A DNA stretch of 64,000 bases, taken from positions 1 through 64,000 of the IMG/VR virus record IMGVR_UViG_3300042691_019356; one strand, given 5' to 3'. Positions 30,439-40,300 of this stretch are shown one piece after another. Within the stretch, counting starts at the first letter, position 1; each line of letters begins with the position of its first letter. The stretch comes from a virus. Below the pieces are notes generated by a model. It searched no databases. It worked only from the letters and a program-made list of their open reading frames with translations, and was not told the origin of the DNA. The translations under genes and the position numbers were made by a program.

Positions 30439-30690
30439 ATGCTTTCCTTAAACAGTGATGCCAAATTTATAGTTGATGAGTGCCGCGAATGGCTTTATTG
30501 GTTTGCACTCCTTGGCATACAACCTGGCAAATGGACAATTTCTGAGGAGTTTGTCTGCATTCTAATCAGAGAAAATAAAATTCTCATAGATGAATTGGGT
30601 ATTGTAGAGCCGCTTAGCTCTAGCATAACAACACTATATGGTATTCCGGTTGAAATTTGCCAGTCACCACTGACCATCAAACTTACCTAA
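30439..30690 (+). CDS. hypothetical protein, 83 aa
   Basis: ATG-started ORF. Similarity to 30205..30429 is seen by eye. Confidence 0.55.
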   Translation: MLSLNSDAKFIVDECREWLYWFALLGIQPGKWTISEEFVCILIRENKILIDELGIVEPLSSSITTLYGIPVEICQSPLTIKLT

Positions 30691-30699
30691 ACACTACCA

Positions 30700-31311
30700 A
30701 TGCTCAAGAACGACAACTGGATCCGTCACCAGGCTTCAAATGGAATGATCGAGCCGTTTACTGGTTCGCTTGTTCGTGAACTTGTCTGGACTGACGAGCA
30801 GTCACAGTATTTTACAGAAAAGGTGTTGAGTTACGGAACAAGTAGCTATGGCTATGACCTACGGCTTTCACCAAAGGAGTTCCTGATTTTCAAGCACGTT
30901 CCAGGAACTGTCATGAATCCCAAGCGGTTTAATCCAGCAGCAAATCTTGAGTCCGTTGAACTACAGGAAGATGAAGATGGTTTGTTTTTCATCCTTCCAG
31001 CGCATTCATACGGCTTGGGTGTTGCACTTGAGCGTCTTCGTGTCCCAAGGAACATTACTTGCATCTGTCTTGGTAAGAGCACTTATGCAAGAATGGGCAT
31101 TATTGTCAACGCAACTCCAGCGGAAAGCGAATGGGAGGGGCATCTGACACTGGAATTCAGTAATTCAAGTGGTGCAGATTGCCGCCTTTATGCAAATGAG
31201 GGCATCTGTCAGATCCTGTTCTTTGAAGGCGAGGAGTGTTCGACCAGTTACCAAAATCGTTTCGGGAAATATCAAGGGCAGCCTGAGCGGGTTGTTCCGG
31301 CTCGGATTTAA
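30700..31311 (+). CDS. dcd: dCTP deaminase
   Basis: SYGTSSYGYDLRL and CLGKSTYARMGIIVNATPAESEWEGHLTLEFSN match Dcd motifs. Confidence 0.85.
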   Translation: MLKNDNWIRHQASNGMIEPFTGSLVRELVWTDEQSQYFTEKVLSYGTSSYGYDLRLSPKEFLIFKHVPGTVMNPKRFNPAANLESVELQEDEDGLFFILPAHSYGLGVALERLRVPRNITCICLGKSTYARMGIIVNATPAESEWEGHLTLEFSNSSGADCRLYANEGICQILFFEGEECSTSYQNRFGKYQGQPERVVPARI

Positions 31312-31364
31312 CGACAGCAGTCGCATCGAGTGTTACAACTAGCCGCGAACGAACAAACACAGCC

Positions 31365-32234
31365 ATGAGCCTCAGTGACTACCTCAATGCCGTGGGCAAA
31401 GTCCCACTGCTCACGGCGCAGGAGGAGATCATCCTCGGAACACAGGTCCAACGGATGATGAAGATTCTTGCAGACAAGCAGGAATCTGAATTAACAGAGG
31501 AGGAGAGAAAGCATGTACGAGTTGGCCGCAGGGCCAAGAATCGTATGGTTTCTGCAAACCTGAGGCTTGTTGTCAATGTGGCCAAGAAATTTAGACCACA
31601 GGCTCACATGAAAATGGAAGATATTTTGCAGGAGGGCAGCATTGGGTTGATGCGTGCCGTCGAGAAGTTTGACCCAGAGCGCGGATACAAGTTTAGTACA
31701 TACGCTTACTGGTGGATAAGACAGGGAATAACAAGGGCGGGAGAAAATCAAGAAGCAGAAATCAGAGTTCCAGCTCACCTGCAACGAATCGCCAAGCAAG
31801 CGGCAGACGCCAGATCAAAGCTTTTATCCAAAAACGGTAGGCAGCCAACTGTAAAAGAAGTTGCACTTGCTATCAACGAGCCAGACCCCAAAAAGATTGA
31901 GTACGCAATTGCGCATCAGGTTTATACGTTCTCCCTTGACATCTCGCTGCTAGATGGTGACAAGAGTCCATTGCTGGACATCATGAACTGTGATGACGAA
32001 AGCGAGATAGAGGACAATGAAAACAATAAAATGAAAATGGACTTATTGATGCTGGCAATCAATGCCCTTGATCCAGTAGACGGAAGCATGATCAAAAAAA
32101 GATATGGAGTTAACTGTGAACCCCATACAATCAAGCAACTATCGGCAGAGTTTAATCTTTCGCCTCAGGCGATCAGGGACAGAATCAACAAAGCGATGAA
32201 CAGGATCAGGATTGTTGTCAGCCAGTTTGTTTAG
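31365..32234 (+). CDS. sigma-70 family RNA polymerase sigma factor
   Basis: Region 2 reads ANLRLVVNVAKKF...ILQEGSIGLMRAVEKFDPERGYKFSTYAYWWIRQGITRA. Regions 3 and 4 read IRVPAHL... and IKQLSAEFNLSPQAIRDRINKAMNRIR. Confidence 0.9.
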   Translation: MSLSDYLNAVGKVPLLTAQEEIILGTQVQRMMKILADKQESELTEEERKHVRVGRRAKNRMVSANLRLVVNVAKKFRPQAHMKMEDILQEGSIGLMRAVEKFDPERGYKFSTYAYWWIRQGITRAGENQEAEIRVPAHLQRIAKQAADARSKLLSKNGRQPTVKEVALAINEPDPKKIEYAIAHQVYTFSLDISLLDGDKSPLLDIMNCDDESEIEDNENNKMKMDLLMLAINALDPVDGSMIKKRYGVNCEPHTIKQLSAEFNLSPQAIRDRINKAMNRIRIVVSQFV

Positions 32235-32953
32235 GGCATGATTCGGTGAACCCACATGCCATCTTGGCTGCGATCAACATATCCTTTGTTGTAAACTCGT
32301 TCGGCGTCATAGCAGCTTGAGCCAGCAACGCAAGCGGCGTAGATGCAAAGCTCGCTGTAGAAGCCATCATAAAACTTTGCGCTGCTGTCATATCTCCATT
32401 TCAGAGCATTGAACTCGCTCCACGGATCTTTCACGTTGATCTGATTTCTCGCCTGCGGGCCAGACTTCAATCCGTCAAGGCAGATCACATGTCCACTGGG
32501 TGTGAACCAACCATGGGTGATAAGAAATTCACCGGCTTTTAGCCATCCAAAAACTTCATTCAGGGAAGCATCACCTTCGTACTTGTATTTCACCTTGTAC
32601 GATTGAATCACCCTGGCCATTGCTGTCGGAGAGCCCGCTGAGAGCCCCGTGGCCAGCAGCTTGCGCCGGATGCCCTCCACACTGCGATCACCGACTGCCA
32701 TGCCGATGCAGGCGCTCTGACAGGTCACTGCGTCGGGCTGGCTGATGTTGATGGCGTTGATCAGCGTCTTCCACTCGCTCACCGAGACCTTGACAGGTGC
32801 TTTTGTCTCCGTCGCAGAACGCCACAGATCATCGAGCGACGATCCATCTTTCAGTGCGCCCGGATCAACCTTGTTCAGTCGATCGATGACAGCGTTGAAC
32901 CAGGCAACATGCAGTGGATTTTTCGGATCAAAACGCTGAAGATAGTCCTTCAT
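32231..32953 (-). CDS. papain-like (C39-like) cysteine peptidase, candidate endolysin
   Basis: A Cys motif AVTCQSACIGMAV and a His motif SGHVICLDG...VKDPW are present. It sits at the distal end of the tail module. Confidence 0.5.
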   Translation of the reverse strand: MKDYLQRFDPKNPLHVAWFNAVIDRLNKVDPGALKDGSSLDDLWRSATETKAPVKVSVSEWKTLINAINISQPDAVTCQSACIGMAVGDRSVEGIRRKLLATGLSAGSPTAMARVIQSYKVKYKYEGDASLNEVFGWLKAGEFLITHGWFTPSGHVICLDGLKSGPQARNQINVKDPWSEFNALKWRYDSSAKFYDGFYSELCIYAACVAGSSCYDAERVYNKGYVDRSQDGMWVHRIMP

Positions 32954-32957
32954 GGAA

Positions 32958-33803
32958 TCAGGAAGAAAGCAGCCGAATCGGCCCGGTTGTCACAAAGCTA
33001 GCGGAACCTGTCACGATGTCGCTGTTGTCTACGTCAACTGCACAGGTTGTGATCAGTATTGACGACTGAAAAAACAAAGAAGAGGTGACGGGGCTACTGT
33101 CAGCATCATCAACTTCTACAGTTGCTTGTTTCAGGTAAAACCTTGCATTGCCCGTGGATCCCTGTTCAGTAAGCTGAACAAGGCGCAGCATTGGGTCAAC
33201 GTCGTTCTTGTTTGCCGAACTGTAGAGATTAACAATGAAGTCCATTGTTCCAGATCCGGTAACAGTGGCCTTCACATAGCTGCCAAACCTCTCTCCAATA
33301 ACCCCGGTGTCAATCTCTGATGCAGTCCTGGCGAGCTGCCAGCGCCTCAGCTCACCCTGGATTTTGAAAGGGTTTTCGGTTGCCTGCGACTTGAACGAAT
33401 TACTTGTTGATGGCCATGCACGCAATCGAGTTTCGCTTGAGATGGTTGACAGTGATGTGACAAAAGTGCTGAGGGTTGTGCGCTGAGTTGAGTTGCTATT
33501 GCAAACAAGAACAACAGGCTTTGTGACATTGACAGTCGACAGGGGAATGAGAGTGGCCGAGCTATTTGAAAGCGCTCCATCAATGTTTTCGTGAAAGTAG
33601 ATTCTATCGAGGGAATCCCTGTGGATATATCCGTTCAGGGATCCAGCTGCATGAATCAAATAAACATGCTCAGCAAAAAGCCAGTCATCATAGCCAACAG
33701 TGACAAAATTACTGGTTTTGTTTACTGATGAAGCGGGTACAACAATAGGCTCAGGCTGTGTTCGCTGAAGAGTGACAATTCCGTTGTAGCCGAGGTAAGC
33801 CAT
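32958..33803 (-). CDS. tail-associated structural protein, 281 aa
   Basis: It lies in the tail-fibre block with a TGATG overlap. The C-terminal half looks like a tube-type beta-sandwich. Confidence 0.5.
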   Translation of the reverse strand: MAYLGYNGIVTLQRTQPEPIVVPASSVNKTSNFVTVGYDDWLFAEHVYLIHAAGSLNGYIHRDSLDRIYFHENIDGALSNSSATLIPLSTVNVTKPVVLVCNSNSTQRTTLSTFVTSLSTISSETRLRAWPSTSNSFKSQATENPFKIQGELRRWQLARTASEIDTGVIGERFGSYVKATVTGSGTMDFIVNLYSSANKNDVDPMLRLVQLTEQGSTGNARFYLKQATVEVDDADSSPVTSSLFFQSSILITTCAVDVDNSDIVTGSASFVTTGPIRLLSS

Positions 33804-34195
33804 CAGAGCGTCGAGATAGGTTTGCCAGAGATGCGGAACTGAATCTCACAAACCTGTGCAGCTCCGAATGATGCTGACATCGAAACGTTTGTGATCACCA
33901 CTGTAGCGGCAACGCTCTTACCGATGACTGAATCAAACAGCATTTCCATTGGAATCGTGGCTGTGCCATCATTGTAAATTTCAGAAATCAACGCTACGGC
34001 AGCAGAGTCATCCGGGTCGTAAAACAAGCTGCCGGACGCAGATGACTCACGAAGTCCAGCAATAAAAGTTTTGTCCCATTTTTCAAGGGTTGTCGTCTCC
34101 AGTGCATCTCGTGATGTCTGGAACTGAATGCTACGAACTCGGCCAACCCTCACTCCGTTGTAACGAAGTTCTGCGTGAACTGATGTTGGGATCAT
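33803..34195 (-). CDS. tail-tube-like small structural protein, 130 aa
   Basis: The pattern ...SIQFQTSRDALETTTLEKWDKTFIAGLRESSASGSLFYD... resembles tail tube proteins. Confidence 0.45.
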   Translation of the reverse strand: MIPTSVHAELRYNGVRVGRVRSIQFQTSRDALETTTLEKWDKTFIAGLRESSASGSLFYDPDDSAAVALISEIYNDGTATIPMEMLFDSVIGKSVAATVVITNVSMSASFGAAQVCEIQFRISGKPISTL

Positions 34196-34197
34196 GG

Positions 34198-35190
34198 CTA
34201 AATGGCCTCAAACCAATAATAGTTGATCTCTGGCTCCTGGGCGGGAATGTAAGCATCTGGGTTGCTCATGCCAAGTGGCATACCCGGCCTATAGCCATAA
34301 GCGTACTCAAAGTTAAAGAAAGGGCCAATCTTCTGGTTTGTGCCTACTTTCTTAAAGCCAATGGACACATTGCTCGGCCGAACCGTTGTTTGTTGTACTA
34401 TCAGATTTCCGAACTGGTTTGTTGTAATACGCCCAAGCTGCGAGAAAACAAGAATACGTGTTTGATCTTCCTTGACTCCGTAAACCCGCGTTGTAAAGTC
34501 TTCAGCAGAATCACCACCACTGAATTCTGGTGTCCCGCAAATCTTCCCGTGCATCTTAGGCACGACAACCTCAAACTCTTTGTAAATTCCGTTTGGATTG
34601 CTAATTACAGCCGTAGAAACAGAAGCGCCTGCCAAACTTGTAGAGCCCCCACCACACTGATCGCTTGTGAGTTGAGCCCCATAGCAAAAACGATTTGTGC
34701 ATTCTCTCACCTCCCACGAGGTGTAGTTCAGGTAGATTGTATAAGAGCCGGACGAAACAGCGAAGTAGTTGCTGGACAGCCTTGCTTGATTAACAACCTT
34801 GTCTGCGGTTGCAACAAGGTTAACCTGTGCTGTACTGATGCCGGGAATGACGCTGGTGATGGATGGCGCTTCGGCAAAATGCCAGCTCAATCCCGATGGG
34901 CTTAGCATCTTGTTGGCGAGGTTGGCATCAAGAATCCCATCAGCCAGGGCGGCTGGGAGCGCGATCGGCAGAGCGCCACTCAGTGAGGCGTACCAGCACT
35001 GCAGGATCGACGCTGCCGAGGTGTCAGCGATGTTCCTGAACTCAAGGCGCAGCCTGGTGTCTACCGCGTTGTCAGACCAGGGCCTGGTGTAGCAGGCGGC
35101 GTCCTCGCGCCAGGAGGCTTCGGTGACCGGGTAGCGGGCCAGGGTGGCCTCTCGGGAGCTTGGGCGAAGGGCGGGGAAGGTGATGGTCAT
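34198..35190 (-). CDS. tail or fibre protein, 330 aa
   Basis: Its N-terminal 130 aa or so are paralogous to the N-terminus of 35219..36841. Confidence 0.55.
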   Translation of the reverse strand: MTITFPALRPSSREATLARYPVTEASWREDAACYTRPWSDNAVDTRLRLEFRNIADTSAASILQCWYASLSGALPIALPAALADGILDANLANKMLSPSGLSWHFAEAPSITSVIPGISTAQVNLVATADKVVNQARLSSNYFAVSSGSYTIYLNYTSWEVRECTNRFCYGAQLTSDQCGGGSTSLAGASVSTAVISNPNGIYKEFEVVVPKMHGKICGTPEFSGGDSAEDFTTRVYGVKEDQTRILVFSQLGRITTNQFGNLIVQQTTVRPSNVSIGFKKVGTNQKIGPFFNFEYAYGYRPGMPLGMSNPDAYIPAQEPEINYYWFEAI

Positions 35191-35218
35191 AATTGATTCC
35201 TAGATTGAAATCTCATTA

Positions 35219-36841
35219 CTACTGTGCTGGCCATGCCGCCGTTGGCGACGTGAAATTAGATGTGTAGCGTGCCACGCCTTTTGTAATACGGAATTCGTCA
35301 ACCTTACCCTTGAAAGTATAAGCAGTTGTGTAATAGTAGCCTATTTTAGGTGCGTTATCTGTCAGGTTTGTGCTATTAGTCAGTGTTGCTCCTAGCTGGT
35401 TGCCATTGATAAACATTCGCGCACTTGTGCCGCCACGAGTCACTGCAAGATGCTGCCATACTCCTGCAGTCACCAATCCCATTGAGTTTCCACCCAGCCC
35501 AGCAAAAGTCAGATACCAATTGCCATTAAAAATAGAAACAGCAAGGCCGGTAGTGACACCGCCCATGGTAAATAAGCCAGCGTTGCTGTTGCCAGTGTCT
35601 ACATAAACCCAGCACTCTACAGTTAAATCACCTGTGCCAAACTGGAACTTACTGCCTGAAGCAACGCTTAGATAGTCACCTACACCATCAAGAGCCAACG
35701 CGCCAGTTCCAAACTTGGGTGCCGTGGTTGTAATGGCTGCATTACCAGAGGCTGTTACTGTTGATGGGCTGCTACTGCTGTCAATAAATGTCGTAGAGCC
35801 ATTGGTGCCGTCAAAGCTTAAAAGCAGCGAAACTGAATTAAACTGAGGATCAAAAGCGGCTTGCTGATTGTAGGTGAATCCAACATTTGCAATAGGGGTA
35901 GAAAGCTGAATAGTATTTATTGCTAAGGTACCCATATAAACAATAACAGCCTGCGACGTGATTGCACTTGCCTGCAGCGTGTCAACCGAGAAAACGTAAG
36001 TTCGCCTGAGCGCAATTTCACCAGCGGACTCGGACAAAGCGAGCGTGTTGACAATTACCCGCTTAAGGACGAGAGAATCATCAACAAAGACAGTGCCAAA
36101 GGTAGGGGCGGTTGATAGCGATTCAATAATGAACGAATATGGGCGCGAGAAGTTCACGTCACTAACACTCGACGAGAGTGCAAGGTCGTCGATCTCGGTG
36201 ATTCGATACGTGAATCGAATGGCAGCACCGACCGTTGGCGTAGTTGCAAGAGACGGAATATAAAAGATCGGAGCTTTGAGTTTGATTCCAACCTGCGGAA
36301 ATGCTGCAGTCAGTGCAAGCGAATTGATTTGCAGCTCGATCGGCGGATCAGGAATGCTGGCCAGCGGAACCGTGACGCTCCCGTATCCACGCGCCTTGAA
36401 GTTCAGCGTCACGCTGCTCACGCCAGGCGCCACGGATGTCACCACCGGGGGCTCGACAAAGCTCCACATCAACTGCTGGCTGTTGAGCTGCAGGTAGGCC
36501 CGCAGAGAGGCATCCAGGCCCTCCAGGAAGCGGTTTGGCAGGTTAATGGTGTATCGAGTCCCCTTGGCTACCTCCCACAGGCTGCACAGGCCATCAGCCT
36601 GCGTGTCGGTGACATTGGTGAAGCTCAGGCGCAGGCTGCCGCCACCCGGCCTGGAGGCCCAGATCCGACGCGAGGTTGCCCCGGACTGCGTGCGAACCTC
36701 GCTGCGGGAGTAGGCAGGTGGAACAAACTCTCTGGTTGTAGGCACAAAATCAGCGGCAGTCCTGTAAGAGACGTACCGCAGATCAACTGGATTTTGCGCT
36801 AGGTCAAGATCAAGTGACTCGACCTGAAGTTGATACACCAC
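35219..36841 (-). CDS. tail fibre protein with C-terminal LamG/ConA-like domain, 540 aa
   Basis: GTG start. The C-terminus reads LLLSFDGTNGSTTFIDSS...WQHLAVTRGG...VDEFRITKGVARYTSNFTSPT. Confidence 0.6.
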   Translation of the reverse strand: MVYQLQVESLDLDLAQNPVDLRYVSYRTAADFVPTTREFVPPAYSRSEVRTQSGATSRRIWASRPGGGSLRLSFTNVTDTQADGLCSLWEVAKGTRYTINLPNRFLEGLDASLRAYLQLNSQQLMWSFVEPPVVTSVAPGVSSVTLNFKARGYGSVTVPLASIPDPPIELQINSLALTAAFPQVGIKLKAPIFYIPSLATTPTVGAAIRFTYRITEIDDLALSSSVSDVNFSRPYSFIIESLSTAPTFGTVFVDDSLVLKRVIVNTLALSESAGEIALRRTYVFSVDTLQASAITSQAVIVYMGTLAINTIQLSTPIANVGFTYNQQAAFDPQFNSVSLLLSFDGTNGSTTFIDSSSSPSTVTASGNAAITTTAPKFGTGALALDGVGDYLSVASGSKFQFGTGDLTVECWVYVDTGNSNAGLFTMGGVTTGLAVSIFNGNWYLTFAGLGGNSMGLVTAGVWQHLAVTRGGTSARMFINGNQLGATLTNSTNLTDNAPKIGYYYTTAYTFKGKVDEFRITKGVARYTSNFTSPTAAWPAQ

Positions 36842-36847
36842 GAATCA

Positions 36848-37270
36848 TCATGCTCCGATAGCGCCATTGATGCCGTCGAAGTCGAAGACGATTTGCTCGT
36901 TGGTAGTCATACCGGAAATAGTTACGCCATAATCCAGATAGTACATCAACGGTTTTGTTGCACTGGTACTGTTATACAAAACTGCGTATCTGAAATCAGC
37001 GACAGTGCCGGTAGCAGTAAACGTGTAGTCGTTGATGATCAGCTTGTAGACACCGCTGGTCTGCGAGGAGCTTGCAACAGTGAGCGTAAAGCCGTTAGTT
37101 GGATAGCCACCGCCGGCAGCGATCTGCGTAATGTTCGTCAGAACGGTATTAGAAACAACCGGAGCGGTATTGGTCAGCGCAAGCTTCAGCGTATGGGAAC
37201 CGAGATTGTGCAGACCGTTGTAAGCGTCAGCCGGGAAACAATGAAACTTGACAGGCGTAACAACGGGCAT
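36848..37270 (-). CDS. tail-associated protein, 140 aa
   Basis: ATG-started ORF between the J-like gene and the fibre genes. Confidence 0.55.
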   Translation of the reverse strand: MPVVTPVKFHCFPADAYNGLHNLGSHTLKLALTNTAPVVSNTVLTNITQIAAGGGYPTNGFTLTVASSSQTSGVYKLIINDYTFTATGTVADFRYAVLYNSTSATKPLMYYLDYGVTISGMTTNEQIVFDFDGINGAIGA

Positions 37271-37303
37271 GGATCTGGCAGCGTATGGGCCAGTCTACCG
37301 GCC

Positions 37304-40300
37304 TCAGTTCGTTGGATTTGAGTATGGCTGTGTCGGCGGAGTGAAGCTTGCTGTCCATTCAGCCTTGCCGGTCATTACTCTAAATTCGTCAATGTATCCG
37401 TTATATGTTGCTTGGTTGAAAGAAAGGCCGCCAATATACATGCCGCTTGTATTGAAATTGTCCGTCAAGGAATACACGGCTGTATCAGTATATGTATTCG
37501 CAAGAATGCCATTAATGAAGGTGTATGTATTTAGTCCTTCCCTGGTGACTGCAATGTGGTTCCACGTATTGATTGTCACCACGGCGCCATTTGCTGGGTT
37601 TTCCCAGTCCCTGCCCATAAACCGCAGCGCTCCGCCAACTCCATCGAATTGGCCAGAGCCAAACTTGGTGAAAATGTAGCCGTTTTTTACTGTTGGGCGA
37701 ATCCAGAGATCAATGGTAAAATCGTTGGTAAGTATATTCGGGAGATAGTAATAAATGATGGACGCTGTTCCGCTCATCCGAAGCGAAGATCCACCAAATA
37801 CACTTTGAGCTGCAGTTAAGTAGTTGACCCCAGCAACAACGCCACCAAATTGATCGTCATTCGTGTAGGCGGAGTTATTGATAAGATCGGTGCTACCCTC
37901 AACACCATTGCAGTGCATAAGGAACAGAACAGATTCCGTCGGGTAGCTGACTGGTGCTGCCGGCAGGAAGCTTGCGGTTGGTGGCGTGAAAGAGCTTGTA
38001 TAAACTGCAGTTCCTTTCGTCAGTCTGACTTCATCAATGAATCCGCTGATTTTGCCAACAGTTACTGTTGTATTTGTCGATGAGAAGGGAGCAAGGCCGG
38101 AAGCGGCACTCACGCCATCCACATACAGCGTTACAGCACCGGCATTTCGCACTACGGCAATGTGACGCCATTGAGACAGTGCAAGATTTCCGCTGGTGAT
38201 CGACCAGCTATTGTTCGGGAATGCAGCCTGAACAATGATTGGCGGCTGGCTACCGGATGAAATAGTTACGGTAAAACCAAAACAGCTAAAGAGGGTGCCG
38301 AGACCCGCAGTAGCGTAGATCCAGCACTCCATCGTGAAGCTTTCCGCGTATCCAATGGCAAAAGCGGTTGGATGGGTAAACGTAGGCGTTGGGTATGGAC
38401 CGCCAAAAGTGCTGCTGTAGAACGTGGAAGAAGAACCACCAAAGCGGCTCATGTTACGAACAATTCGGCAACCGCTATACACGCCGCCCTGGCTCGTATT
38501 CAGAATGCCGAAGAAGGTTGAATGTTCGTAGGGGCTGGAATCAATAAACGCAACGGAGTTGTGGTCTCCGTCCATGTGGAGCAGGAGCACAACCTCGCCG
38601 GTTACAGCAGCGCTGGCATCTGCGTAGACCCGACAGGTTCCAGTAACGCCAAGCTGTGTTTGATACACGACATCGGCGTAAACCGTTTCACCAACATCCA
38701 GCGTGGAATAAGTGTAGGTTGAGGTATTTGCTCCAACAATGACAGCCCCACTCCTGTACCATTGAACACCAATCTTGGTTGCAGTACCCGACTTGCAAAC
38801 AACGTCGCCAACCGTCAGAACATTGCCAGGCGAAGAAACACCAGAGATCAGCGGACAGGTGCAAGCGTCGGCCTCATTTTCGTTGCCTTCGATGATCCAG
38901 TTAGAATCAGTTTGATAGGTCGTCCAGTTTTTTGCAATTTCGCTCAGACCGTTTTCATCAGTCGGGTGGTGAACAGCTTCGATCTCAATTGTTCCCTCTT
39001 CTGATACCGTGATCTTCTCGATCTTGTAAGTACGAGTTTCCGTAACAGCTGTTTTCTTGGCAAAGACAATTCCAGCCGGCGATGCCTTGCCTTCTGAATC
39101 AACAGAGACGGTCAGGCTTTCCACAAAGTCACTGGCACCATCCCATGCCGTGACTTCATGTGTGCCTGGTGTCAGCAGATCGCTTCTTGTTGACAGAACA
39201 GTGCCATCGGCAAGAATTACACCATGCGAGAACTGGTCGTAATAGCTCAGGTCCATGGCGACCTTTATGTAGTCGCCAGCCGCCAGGCCAGCCCCCAGGC
39301 CATCCGGTGTTGTTGAGAACGCGATCGAGTGCGTCACCAGGCGCCGCATCCTGATCAGATAGCAACACACGTCGATGGCGTGCTCTGCATTGGTGCAGAA
39401 CGCTGACAAGTCGATGCTCTCAATCGGATCCGAGTCCGACTGGCCGGCTTCTTGAACGAAAACCTCGCGCTCAACAGGGAAGAAACCAGTTGATGTCAGA
39501 TCAAACCGTTGGCGTTCCTCTCGCCATTTGGCACTGACACGAATTGGCTGCCGCTCCGACTCTTCAAGGAATTGCAGCCTGAAGGTGTTTTCAAGAATGT
39601 TGCCAGCCGTGAACAATGCCCTGATTGGAACGGGGCCGTCCTCGGGAAAGATGAGCGCAGGAGACAATGCAAACTTGCCGCCGCGCTGACTGAGTTCAAG
39701 TAGGTGGTACGCCGCAATATCAGCTGCAAACTGAATTGAGTTGACACGCTGAGCATCAACGGCATCGTAAAAGTAGCGACGCTTTTGGCACCAGTCAGCA
39801 GCGTCAAAAAATGATTGCGCGTCAATTAGAGAATCGCCAATAATCTCTCCCAGCCCATACTGATCAGTTGTCAGGTAGGCGCGAAGAATATCAGGGAAGA
39901 GGTTTGTTGATTCAAACGCATCGCTACCAAGCAGGCGCCTAGCCTTTGTGCCTGCAGTAACATAACCAGAGAATTGCGGCAACTGATTGAACTCAGTTGA
40001 TGCAAAAATGTTCAGGCCAATGGTTGCGATCCTGTCATAGGTTGGATCTGTTGAGTTTTCAGAAATTGTATTGACGTAAACAATCTCGTGCTCAGGGCCG
40101 TTTTGTGCTGTAGTCTGGATCTCTTGGTACGAAAAAGCTTCCGCAATCATCGCCCAGTCATCAACATAGGTATTATCATCTGTTTTCGGAATGCCAATGT
40201 TTTCACTTGTCTCAAGCCGTGGAATGTTAAAGCTTCTCCAATTGCGGTCTCGGTTATACCCATTCCACTCAATAATAATTCCGTCGTTGACAACAGTGCG

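Noticed and set aside
32231-32234. Overlapping stop codons of the convergent sigma and peptidase genes without a terminator.
   Set aside because: The overlap is real, but it is probably just tight packing. I saw no hairpin and could not support any function.
34090-34905. 271-aa plus-strand ORF.
   Set aside because: It is antisense to two well-supported tail genes, has an alternative start codon and has no upstream signals.
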